A stretch of 64,000 nt of DNA from NCBI GenBank assembly GCA_963675595.2, contig CAXXLZ010000001.1, positions 320,001 through 384,000 of the forward strand. Direction: 5' to 3'. The notes under the pieces are model-generated. The model ran no database searches. It was not told the origin of the DNA and saw only the letters and a list, made by a program, of their open reading frames with translations. Source of the DNA: Thermodesulfobacteriota bacterium. Lineage in GTDB: Bacteria; Desulfobacterota; Desulfarculia; JACQYL01. A program made the translations under genes and the position numbers. Below, in pieces: positions 55,916 through 64,000 of this stretch. The stretch's first letter is position 1; every line of letters starts with the position of its first letter.

Positions 55916-56161
55916 TCATGCGTTGCCCTGAGAGGATCGATCTTCCTTGAGCCGATAGGTGATGATGCCGTGGCTCACGTCGTACGGGGAGATGGAAACC
56001 TTGACCCGGTCACCCACCATGATTTTGATCTTGTGCTTTTTCATGCGTCCGGCCATCTTTGCCTGAATCGTATGTCCCTCCTGACATTTGATCTCGAAGT
56101 TGCCGAACCCCAGGGAACGGGTGATGTGTCCCTCCGTCTGGATTAGATCGTCTCTGGCCAA
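55916..56161 (-). CDS. infA: Translation initiation factor IF-1
   Basis: TTG start after AAAGGAG; AGRMKKHKIKIMVGDRVKV.ISPYD..GIITYR. Confidence 0.92.
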   Translation of the reverse strand: MARDDLIQTEGHITRSLGFGNFEIKCQEGHTIQAKMAGRMKKHKIKIMVGDRVKVSISPYDVSHGIITYRLKEDRSSQGNA

Positions 56162-56705
56162 AGTGTCTCCTTTGCATAATGGTTTTCGATTCCCCGACCC
56201 GAACGTCGTGCACATCTCCACGCAGGAACAAGGCGCCGGAAGAGGCGTTTTCCCTTCGTACAAATTCCCGGCGCGAAGCAACCGCCGGGAGACTGCTTCC
56301 AAGAAGGAAACCCGGGCAAAGCGGTGTGAGATCGAACCTTTTCTATAAACATCTTGTACTCCAAAGTCAACCGTGCAACAGGACCCTCGGGTGGGGCATG
56401 CCCGGATAATCGATTTATGGAATGAAGTACGAATTCATCGGGAACCAAACCTATCGCCTCTCCCGAAAGTCTAAGCAAGACGAACTTCGGTAGCCGTCGA
56501 TAACCCTCGGTTGCCAAGGGCCGTGGGGGACGGAGGCGATTCGTGCAATTCGGATGCGTAGTCTTCCGGAGACAGGCTGACCGTGGACGATAAGTAACGT
56601 ATCGCGTTGAGCTTTCATTGTATTTTTCATAATATCCTTTTCGGGGGTCGTGGCTCCCGCCTGGGTCGGACGACTATTCCGCTGTCTTTGGATGGGACGT
56701 CCGTT

Positions 56706-58589
56706 ATGGACGTGAATTCAAGCGAAGGACGGTATCGGGAAGATATTTTGCGGATTGAACGGGAAACAAAGAAGAGTCGAGTTTGGGTGGAGAAGAGGCT
56801 GCGCTCAAAAAGAAGGCGAAGTCGGCTTACCGCGCTGGCCCTTATTCTATTCCTGGCGGCGGTCTATTTGGGCACGGCCTATTGGAGAGATTTCTTTCCA
56901 TTCGCCGATTACCGGGAAACTTCTCTCATCGCGGTAGAATTCGAGGTCAACGGAGCCCCCGTCAAAGTGGCAGCGGGTGAATTGTTGCGTGTGAAGACAT
57001 CGGACTCGTTGAAGCTTGTGAACATCGACACCACTGCGGTCTTTGACTGGAGTCTGGATTTCGAGTCCGATGTGTTTTCCAGGGACATTCTGCTCAACGG
57101 AGGAAGAGTGGATGAAGCCATGGGAGATACCTCCTGGATGTTGGACGGAACGCGCCCCATCAGGGTCACCTACAAAGGAAACCGGATAGGCCGGGTGGAT
57201 CTGGCGGTGGTGGCGGATGAAACGTACTGGTGGCTGCGAGCTGAAAGAGTTTCGGAGCCCAAAGACAAGATCATCATGATCGAAAAGGTGTTGGAGCTGG
57301 ATCCGTCGTCGGAATCGGCGCACGAATCTCTGGCCGAGCTTTACGAGAAGACCGGTGAATGGTTGAAGGCTGCGGAGCATTACGAGTGGCTGGCCCAAAG
57401 AGATCCAAAACCGTTGTTTATCTCCAAGCTGATCGATTTATTCCGGAAGAACGGATCATCCAAACAGCAAGCGGCTGGGTATGAGAGAATCGCGGCGCTG
57501 GATCCTTCGGTGGAGAACCTGATTCTTGCGGCAAGGACTCTGGAAGAGAATGCGCAGATGAGCCGTGCCGTGCCCTATTATGAAAAGGCGCTGAGTTTGT
57601 TGCCGGATCCTGAGCGTGCGGCGGTGCGCAAGAAGCTCGGATACTATTTCGTGCAGACCGGCGACCTCGCAAGCGCGGTGACCCAATATGAAGCCGCGGC
57701 CCAACTGGACTCCACGGACCCGAATGTGTTCTACAACTTGGGAACGCTTTATCAGCGAACGAAACAACCCCGAAAGGCCATCGGAGCCCTGGAAAAAGCG
57801 GATGCGCTAAGACCGGGGGATCGCGACACCGTGGCGTTGCTGGTCGAGCAATACGCCGCAGTTGGAGAATATTCCAAGCTGGTCCCATATGTCACTGACC
57901 TGCTGAAGTCGGAACCTGAAAACACGTCGTACCGATTGATGTTGGTGCGGGCCTATCGGGAACTGGACGACAAGGATGCATTGATCGATCAGTACGAAGC
58001 ACTTTGTCGCCTGTCCCCGGACAACTCGGAAGTATTCTTTGATCTCGGCGTGCTTTATTTCGACCGAAGGGACTACAATAAAAGTGAAAGAAACCTGAAA
58101 CGCGCCGCTGAATTAAATCCCGGTCATCCTGAAGTCCACCGGTATCTTTATGTAATTTATAAGAGGACGGGAAAGAGGAATCAGGCCATAAAGGAAGCGG
58201 AGAGGCATCTCGAGATCGACGCAACGGAGCGGAGCCTTTATGATTATCTTTTCCGTGAGTTGAAAGACCGAGACCCGGAGGCCCTGAAAGTGGTGCTCCA
58301 GGAGGGAGTGAAGGCCCTTCCCGATGACGGAAAGCTCAGAGAGTACTTGGGCTTCGTTTATCTGAAGGAACAGAACGTACCATACGCCATCGCGCAGTTC
58401 GAGCAAGCCAGACAACTGAGTCCGAACGATATCTCTTTACTGTACCAGCTGGCCAAACTTTATGAAACGTCGGGTCAACCGGAAACGGCCTTGAAGTATT
58501 ATGAGAGGGTGATTAAGATAGATAATGAATATCGTGATGCGGAGGCGTCTTTTTTGAGATTGCGCTATTCACGCATGAAGGGTAAGTGA
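56706..58589 (+). CDS. Membrane-anchored TPR protein
   Basis: Single TM followed by many TPR units. Confidence 0.85.
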   Translation: MDVNSSEGRYREDILRIERETKKSRVWVEKRLRSKRRRSRLTALALILFLAAVYLGTAYWRDFFPFADYRETSLIAVEFEVNGAPVKVAAGELLRVKTSDSLKLVNIDTTAVFDWSLDFESDVFSRDILLNGGRVDEAMGDTSWMLDGTRPIRVTYKGNRIGRVDLAVVADETYWWLRAERVSEPKDKIIMIEKVLELDPSSESAHESLAELYEKTGEWLKAAEHYEWLAQRDPKPLFISKLIDLFRKNGSSKQQAAGYERIAALDPSVENLILAARTLEENAQMSRAVPYYEKALSLLPDPERAAVRKKLGYYFVQTGDLASAVTQYEAAAQLDSTDPNVFYNLGTLYQRTKQPRKAIGALEKADALRPGDRDTVALLVEQYAAVGEYSKLVPYVTDLLKSEPENTSYRLMLVRAYRELDDKDALIDQYEALCRLSPDNSEVFFDLGVLYFDRRDYNKSERNLKRAAELNPGHPEVHRYLYVIYKRTGKRNQAIKEAERHLEIDATERSLYDYLFRELKDRDPEALKVVLQEGVKALPDDGKLREYLGFVYLKEQNVPYAIAQFEQARQLSPNDISLLYQLAKLYETSGQPETALKYYERVIKIDNEYRDAEASFLRLRYSRMKGK

Positions 58590-58746
58590 GATATATCTGA
58601 AGGATGGTCGGGACTTATAGGTGATTTGTTGATTTGCGAAGGTGATCTGATGCGTATTCGTGCGGGGTGGCGCCGTCATGGGTAGAAGTCCGTTAAGGTA
58701 AAAATCATTTGACAACCTCGTGAATTATTGTTATCAGCGTCGCTGA

Positions 58747-58822
58747 GCGGGTATAGCTCAGTTGGTAGAGTACAAGCTTCCCAAGCTTGGTGTCGCGGGT
58801 TCGAATCCCGTTGCCCGCTCCA
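58747..58822 (+). tRNA. tRNA-Gly (CCC)
   Basis: Cloverleaf with anticodon arm CAAGC-TTCCCAA-GCTTG, TTCGAAT T-loop and encoded CCA. Confidence 0.97.
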
Positions 58823-58914
58823 GTCCCCTGATGCAGAGTCGGGTTTCTGCAAAAGGCGCTGTTTGCCTCGACGAGTTGAAGTGGAAGTAACTAGGTGGTT
58901 GCTCTGCTACACCG

Positions 58915-58945
58915 AAGTGGGTCGAAACCCGCTTTTTTTATTTTC
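58915..58945 (+). promoter_or_regulatory. rimP-leader-like hairpin
   Basis: AAGTGGGTCGAAACCCGCTTTTTT immediately upstream of rimP. Confidence 0.6.
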
Positions 58946-58956
58946 GGGTCCCGTGC

Positions 58957-59427
58957 ATGGAAAGTACGACGGAACAGAAGGTGCGTGACCAAGTCCTCGA
59001 GCTGGTGGAGCCGAGTATTTTGGATGAGGGATGCGCCCTTGTGGACGTCACGTACCGGCGGGAGCCCATCGGGTGGGTCCTGCGGGTCCACGTCGACCGG
59101 GAGGGCGGCGTAACGGTGGACGAATGCGCCCGCATCAGCAGAAGAATCGGTGATCTTATCGAAGCCGAAAACCTGATCCCTCAGAAATATACGCTGGAAG
59201 TCTCTTCTCCCGGTCTGGACCGCGTGCTCAAGACGGAGAGGGAGTTTCGGTGGGCGATGGGTAAGCAAGTTCGCGTCTGGAAGAAACGAACGGAAAAGGG
59301 AGAAGGGGACCTGATCGGCGAATTGGTGCATTATGACGGCGCCGCGCTTACCCTGGATCGCAAGGGAACTGCGATGACGATTCCTTTAGAGCAAGTGTCC
59401 AAAGTGAGAATCTTCGTCGAATTTTAG
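58957..59427 (+). CDS. rimP: Ribosome maturation factor RimP
   Basis: YTLEVSSPGLDR motif; synteny with nusA. Confidence 0.95.
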   Translation: MESTTEQKVRDQVLELVEPSILDEGCALVDVTYRREPIGWVLRVHVDREGGVTVDECARISRRIGDLIEAENLIPQKYTLEVSSPGLDRVLKTEREFRWAMGKQVRVWKKRTEKGEGDLIGELVHYDGAALTLDRKGTAMTIPLEQVSKVRIFVEF

Positions 59428-59443
59428 TTGGGAAAGGGGTTCT

Positions 59444-60766
59444 TTGGCCATGACCACGGAGCTGAAAAGGACCATTGATCAAATCAGCCGTGACAAAGGC
59501 ATCGATCGAAACATTTTGATCAATACCTTGGAAGAAGCCATCAGATCGGCGGCTCGTAAAAGGTTCGGCAGTCGTTATGACCTTGAAGTGGCCTTCAACG
59601 AAGATCTAGGAGAAGTGGAAGTGTTTCAGTTCCGGGAAGTGGTGGAGGATGTAGTCTCCCCGGAGCTGGAGATGTCCCTGGAAGAAGGTCGCAAACTCGA
59701 CCCGGACTGTGAGGTCGGTGACAGTCTGGGTACAAAGATTGATATGACGGATTTCGGCCGTATTGCCGCCCAGTCGGCCAAGCAGGTCATTATCCAGAGA
59801 ATGAAGGATGCCGAACGGGAAATCGTATACGAGGATTTCAAGGACCGAAAGCGCGAAGTCATTAATGGGATCGTCCAACGGCTCGATCGCTCCGGCGTCG
59901 TGGTCAATTTGGGTCGGGCGGAAGCCTTGCTTCCCTATCACGAACAAATCCCCAGAGAGGTATATCGCCAGGGCGACCGAGTGCGTGCTTATGTGTTGGA
60001 GGTGGACCGGAGCGGTCGAGGTCCCCAGATCATTCTTTCCAGAAGTCATCCCGATTTTCTCAGGGCCTTATTTGAAATCGAAGTGCCCGAGGTGGCGGAG
60101 GGCATTGTTAAGATTATCAGTGTCGCCAGAGAACCCGGCAGCCGATCCAAAATCGCAGTCAGCACGGGGGACGGCGACGTGGATCCCGTGGGAGCCTGTG
60201 TGGGGATGAGAGGGTCCCGCGTTCAGGCCGTGGTTCAGGAGCTGCGCGGTGAAAAGATTGATATTGTTCTGTGGAATCCGGACCCCGCCCGATTCATATG
60301 CAACGCTCTGGCTCCTGCCGAGATTACGCGTGTGGTCATCGACGAATCCAATCGCCTTATGGAGGTGATTGTTCCCGACGATCAATTGTCTCTTGCCATC
60401 GGCAAGCGCGGCCAAAATGTCAGACTCGCCTCCAAACTGAGTGGGTGGAAGATCGACGTCACAAGCGAAAGCCGCTATTCAAAAGTTCTTCGTGAAGGTT
60501 TCGAATCGCTGCTGCGTCTGGAGGGAATTGGAGACGCAGCCGCCGAGGTCCTTCTGGAACACGGCTACTCTTCTGCTGAAGACGTGACCAAGAGTTCCGT
60601 TGAGGAGCTGATGCAGCTTCCCGGTTTCGACCTCGAAAAGGCCACCGAGGTTCTTGAATCCGCTCAAGGCCTCTCTCTGGAAGAGAAACTCTCCCCCTTG
60701 GAAAGCAAGGAGCCCGACACCGGCGACGAGCCGGCGGCCGTCTCAGAGGAAACCGATGAGGCGTGA
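59444..60766 (+). CDS. nusA: Transcription factor NusA
   Basis: FGRIAAQSAKQ, DPVGACVG.RG and LAIGKRGQNV motifs. Confidence 0.97.
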   Translation: MAMTTELKRTIDQISRDKGIDRNILINTLEEAIRSAARKRFGSRYDLEVAFNEDLGEVEVFQFREVVEDVVSPELEMSLEEGRKLDPDCEVGDSLGTKIDMTDFGRIAAQSAKQVIIQRMKDAEREIVYEDFKDRKREVINGIVQRLDRSGVVVNLGRAEALLPYHEQIPREVYRQGDRVRAYVLEVDRSGRGPQIILSRSHPDFLRALFEIEVPEVAEGIVKIISVAREPGSRSKIAVSTGDGDVDPVGACVGMRGSRVQAVVQELRGEKIDIVLWNPDPARFICNALAPAEITRVVIDESNRLMEVIVPDDQLSLAIGKRGQNVRLASKLSGWKIDVTSESRYSKVLREGFESLLRLEGIGDAAAEVLLEHGYSSAEDVTKSSVEELMQLPGFDLEKATEVLESAQGLSLEEKLSPLESKEPDTGDEPAAVSEETDEA

Positions 60767-61068
60767 CTCGAGGTCGGATGTCTCCTGAGAAACATAGGGT
60801 GATCCGGACATGCGTCGGATGTGGGGAAAAGAAGGAAAAGCGGACTTTGGTTCGGTTTGTCCGGGACAAGAATGGGGACGTCATTGCTGATAAGAAATTT
60901 AAGCTGCCCGGTAGGGGGGTCTACGTTTGTCCAAGACGGCCCTGTCTTGACCAGGCTTTGAAAAAACAGCGGTTTCAGAAGAGCCTGAAGGCGAACGTTA
61001 ATGTTTCGGATTTCCTGGGGGAATTCGACTTAGGGGGTTTGGTAGATGCCGAAGATCAGAGTGTATGA
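60763..61068 (+). CDS. ylxR: YlxR/RnpM family protein
   Basis: RTCVGC and GRGVYVC motifs; synteny. Confidence 0.9.
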   Translation: MTRGRMSPEKHRVIRTCVGCGEKKEKRTLVRFVRDKNGDVIADKKFKLPGRGVYVCPRRPCLDQALKKQRFQKSLKANVNVSDFLGEFDLGGLVDAEDQSV

Positions 61069-64000
61069 GCTCGCAAAAGAACTAGGCATGGACAATAAGG
61101 AGTTTCTAGACAAGCTCACCGCTGCGGGCATAGATGTTTCCAGTCACATGAGTGCCATTTCGGACGACCTCGTCGATAAGCTTCGAGATCAATTCGGTGC
61201 GGCCAAGTCGGAAGTCGTGGAAGAGAAACGTGTGGCGGCCAAAGTGATCCGGCGTCGAAAGAAAGCGGTCGAGCCTTCCGAGACCCTCGAACCCTCCGAA
61301 ACTCTTGAATCTGCCGAGACTCCGGAACCGGAGATGGAAATTCCGGAACCCTCCGAGACAATTCGTGTCGGTGCTGAAGAAGAGCCCGTTTCGCGTGAGG
61401 AGGAGCCTGCCGAGCCGGTGCAGGAGGTTGGCGCCGAAAAAGAAGAATCCATCTCCGCTGCGTTGGAAGAGCAACCTGCGGAAGTCTCTTTGGAGGAAGA
61501 ACCGGTAAAGGCATCTCTGGAAGCCGCGGATGCTGTTGGGGAAACGCCGGTTGAGGCGCTGACGGAATCGGAAGTGTCCATCGAAGAAGCTGAGGAAGAG
61601 CTCGGGGTGACCTCGGAGCCCGCTCAAGAAGTCGCGGAACCTCAAGAACCCGCCGCCGAGTCGGAAGCGCTTTCGAAAGCCGAAACGGTCCCTTCTTCTT
61701 CGGACGCCGAGGAGACTCCGGCCCCGACGGACAAGGCCGCACTGGAGGGTGATCATGCCCGCCGAGAAGAGATGCTTTCGGCTACCGTTGAGGAAGAGCC
61801 GAAAGCCGACTCGGAAAAGAAAACCCCCGGTGTCGAAGAACCGGCGGTGAAGCCGGAGCAGTCCGTCGAGCCTCCCGCAAAAGCGGAAAAAGAGGAAGCT
61901 CCCAAGAGCAAACCGAAAAAGGTCAAGAAGAAGAAGAAGGACACACCCGCCAGGATCATTAAGATGCCCGAGCCCGAAGAACAAGCGGCGGCTGAGGAGG
62001 AAGCGCTCAGCCAGGAGGAAGCTCCACGGGCGGTTGCGGAAAAGACCGCGGGTCCCAAACTGCGGGTGGTGGAAACCCCGGGTGCCGAGCCGGAAGAGTC
62101 CGCGGAAGGCCGAGGCGGTAAGAAGAAGAAAGGCAAAAAGTGGGTGAAGGCCGACGGACCTGAAGAGGGACCGGCCAAGAAGCTCTTCAAACGGAAAGAA
62201 GTGATGGAGCGCGACGAGCTCTATAGCGGAATGGCTCCGGGTGGGCGCGGAAAAAGACAGAAGGCTGCGGTCAAGAAAAACAAGAAGACGGAAATCACCA
62301 CACCGAGGGCAATCAAACGGCGGATTCGAATGCAGGATGGAATTTTAGTAGGCGAACTGGCGAAGAAGATGGGGGTCAAGGCCACGGAAGTGATTCGCAA
62401 GCTTCTTGCCATGGGAGTCATGGCCAATATGAACCAGGCGGTCGATTTCGATACGGCGGCCCTTTTGGCCTCGGAATTCGGTTATGAGGTCGAACGCCAG
62501 GAATCGATCGAGGATCGCCTCGAAGTGAAGGACGCTACTGCCGAAGAAAACCTGTTGCCGCGTTCCCCGGTGGTCACCGTAATGGGACACGTTGACCATG
62601 GAAAAACCTCGCTGTTGGACTACATCCGCAAAACCAGCGTGACGGAAGGCGAGGCCGGCGGAATTACGCAACATATCGGGGCCTACAAGGTAACCGTACA
62701 AAGCGGAGACATCGTGTTCCTGGATACGCCGGGACATGAAGCCTTCACGAGTATGCGGGCGAGAGGCGCCAAGGTTACCGATGTGGTTGTGCTGGTCGTG
62801 GCCGCGGACGACGGGGTTAAACAGCAAACCAAAGAAGCCATCGATCATGCTCGCGCGGGGAACGTTCCCATTGTCGTGGCAGTGAACAAGATGGACAAGG
62901 TCAATGCGGACCTTGAACGTGTCAAACGCGAAATGGCCGAGCACGGAATCATGCCGGAAGAGTGGGGCGGCGAAAACATCTTCGTGCCCGTTTCGGCGAA
63001 GACGGGTGAAGGCGTCCATGAGCTGCTCGAGTCGGTGGCCCTTCAGGCGGAAGTTTTGGAACTCAAAGCGGACCCGGATCGCAGGGCGCGTGGGGCCATT
63101 ATCGAATCCAGGCTCGACAAGGGCCGTGGTCCGGTCGCAACGGTTCTGGTTCAAACCGGGACTCTCAAAGTTGGTGACACTTTTGTCTGTGGAGTGGAAG
63201 CGGGTCGGGTTCGCGCCATGTTCGACGATCAAGGGAGAAGCATCGATTCAGCCGGGCCTTCCACGCCCGTCGAAGTCCAGGGAATCGGTGGAGTTCCCAA
63301 TGCGGGCGATGAATTCATCGTGGTGGAAGACGAGAAGACCGCTCGAAACATCAGCGCCTTTCGCCAGGAAGAAAGCAGGCAGGCCCAATTGCCTCAGACC
63401 GGCGCTATGACTTTGGAGAAGCTCTATCAGCAGATTCAGCAAGGGGAAGCCAAAGAACTCAACGTGGTGCTCAAGGCGGACGTGCACGGTTCGGTGGAGG
63501 CCATTTCCGAAGCGCTTCGAGGGCTCAATACGGATGCGGTTTCCGTTCAGATCATCCTGGCGGGCACGGGGGCGGTCACCGAAAGCGATGTCATGTTGGC
63601 GGGGGCCTCCAATGCGATCATTCTGGGCTTCAATGTAAGGCCGACACCTCACGCACGAGAACAGGCGGACCAGGAACAGGTCGAAATCCGATTCTACAAC
63701 ATCATTTACGAGTTGCTGGACGACATCAAGGCCGCCATGCTGGGGCTTCTCGAATCTACCTATGAAGAGCGGGTATCGGGACAGGCTCAGGTTCGTCAGG
63801 TCTTCCATATCACCAAAATGGGGGCGGTCGCCGGCTGCATCGTGTCCAGCGGCAAGATATTGCGCGCTTCGAAGGTGAGGGTTCTGCGCGACAACGTGGT
63901 GGTCTACACCGGGGATATCGGTTCCTTGAGGAGGTACAAGGACGACGTCAAAGAGGTGTCCGAGGGACTTGAGTGTGGAATCAACGTGGCTCACTTCAAC
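61046..64000 (+). CDS. infB: Translation initiation factor IF-2 (3' end outside window)
   Basis: [14 protein letters not shown] start; [16 protein letters not shown] and NKMD motifs. Confidence 0.97.
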   Translation, partial: MPKIRVYELAKELGMDNKEFLDKLTAAGIDVSSHMSAISDDLVDKLRDQFGAAKSEVVEEKRVAAKVIRRRKKAVEPSETLEPSETLESAETPEPEMEIPEPSETIRVGAEEEPVSREEEPAEPVQEVGAEKEESISAALEEQPAEVSLEEEPVKASLEAADAVGETPVEALTESEVSIEEAEEELGVTSEPAQEVAEPQEPAAESEALSKAETVPSSSDAEETPAPTDKAALEGDHARREEMLSATVEEEPKADSEKKTPGVEEPAVKPEQSVEPPAKAEKEEAPKSKPKKVKKKKKDTPARIIKMPEPEEQAAAEEEALSQEEAPRAVAEKTAGPKLRVVETPGAEPEESAEGRGGKKKKGKKWVKADGPEEGPAKKLFKRKEVMERDELYSGMAPGGRGKRQKAAVKKNKKTEITTPRAIKRRIRMQDGILVGELAKKMGVKATEVIRKLLAMGVMANMNQAVDFDTAALLASEFGYEVERQESIEDRLEVKDATAEENLLPRSPVVTVMGHVDHGKTSLLDYIRKTSVTEGEAGGITQHIGAYKVTVQSGDIVFLDTPGHEAFTSMRARGAKVTDVVVLVVAADDGVKQQTKEAIDHARAGNVPIVVAVNKMDKVNADLERVKREMAEHGIMPEEWGGENIFVPVSAKTGEGVHELLESVALQAEVLELKADPDRRARGAIIESRLDKGRGPVATVLVQTGTLKVGDTFVCGVEAGRVRAMFDDQGRSIDSAGPSTPVEVQGIGGVPNAGDEFIVVEDEKTARNISAFRQEESRQAQLPQTGAMTLEKLYQQIQQGEAKELNVVLKADVHGSVEAISEALRGLNTDAVSVQIILAGTGAVTESDVMLAGASNAIILGFNVRPTPHAREQADQEQVEIRFYNIIYELLDDIKAAMLGLLESTYEERVSGQAQVRQVFHITKMGAVAGCIVSSGKILRASKVRVLRDNVVVYTGDIGSLRRYKDDVKEVSEGLECGINVAHFN

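Noticed and set aside
56430-56525. c-di-GMP-I riboswitch-like words (GTCTAAG...GGTAGCCG...GGTTGCC)
   Set aside because: The GGCAAA/GCAAA core and the GNRA-receptor stem were not found.
58747-58900. tRNA-Gly as an integration site bounding an island
   Set aside because: No integrase and no duplicated tRNA 3' end noticed in the window; the flanks are core genes.

Overview
GC-rich bacterial chromosome segment. Gene content (Mop-type aldehyde oxidoreductase, TusE/DsrC-family protein, CheD/HDOD/CheX module, many SBP-fused sensors) suggests a Desulfobacterota/Syntrophobacteria-like organism; this is inference. About 1-50 kb is accessory and mobile-element rich: a murL-murD2 pair, signalling genes, secreted proteins, and IS110 (two groups), IS4, IS1182 and IS3 elements, a decayed RAYT, a MITE family and many REP-like palindromes. 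About 52-64 kb is core: a chemotaxis-like module, infA, a TPR protein, tRNA-Gly(CCC) and rimP-nusA-ylxR-infB. The strongest signal is two different IS110-family bridge-recombinase elements whose candidate bridge-RNA guide loops, cores and circle-junction promoters can be read from the sequence. Both insert into the same REP-like repeat family at different positions, and a truncated relative carries a changed guide loop that matches its own insertion flank. All coordinates and pairings were read by eye; nothing was computed or database-searched.
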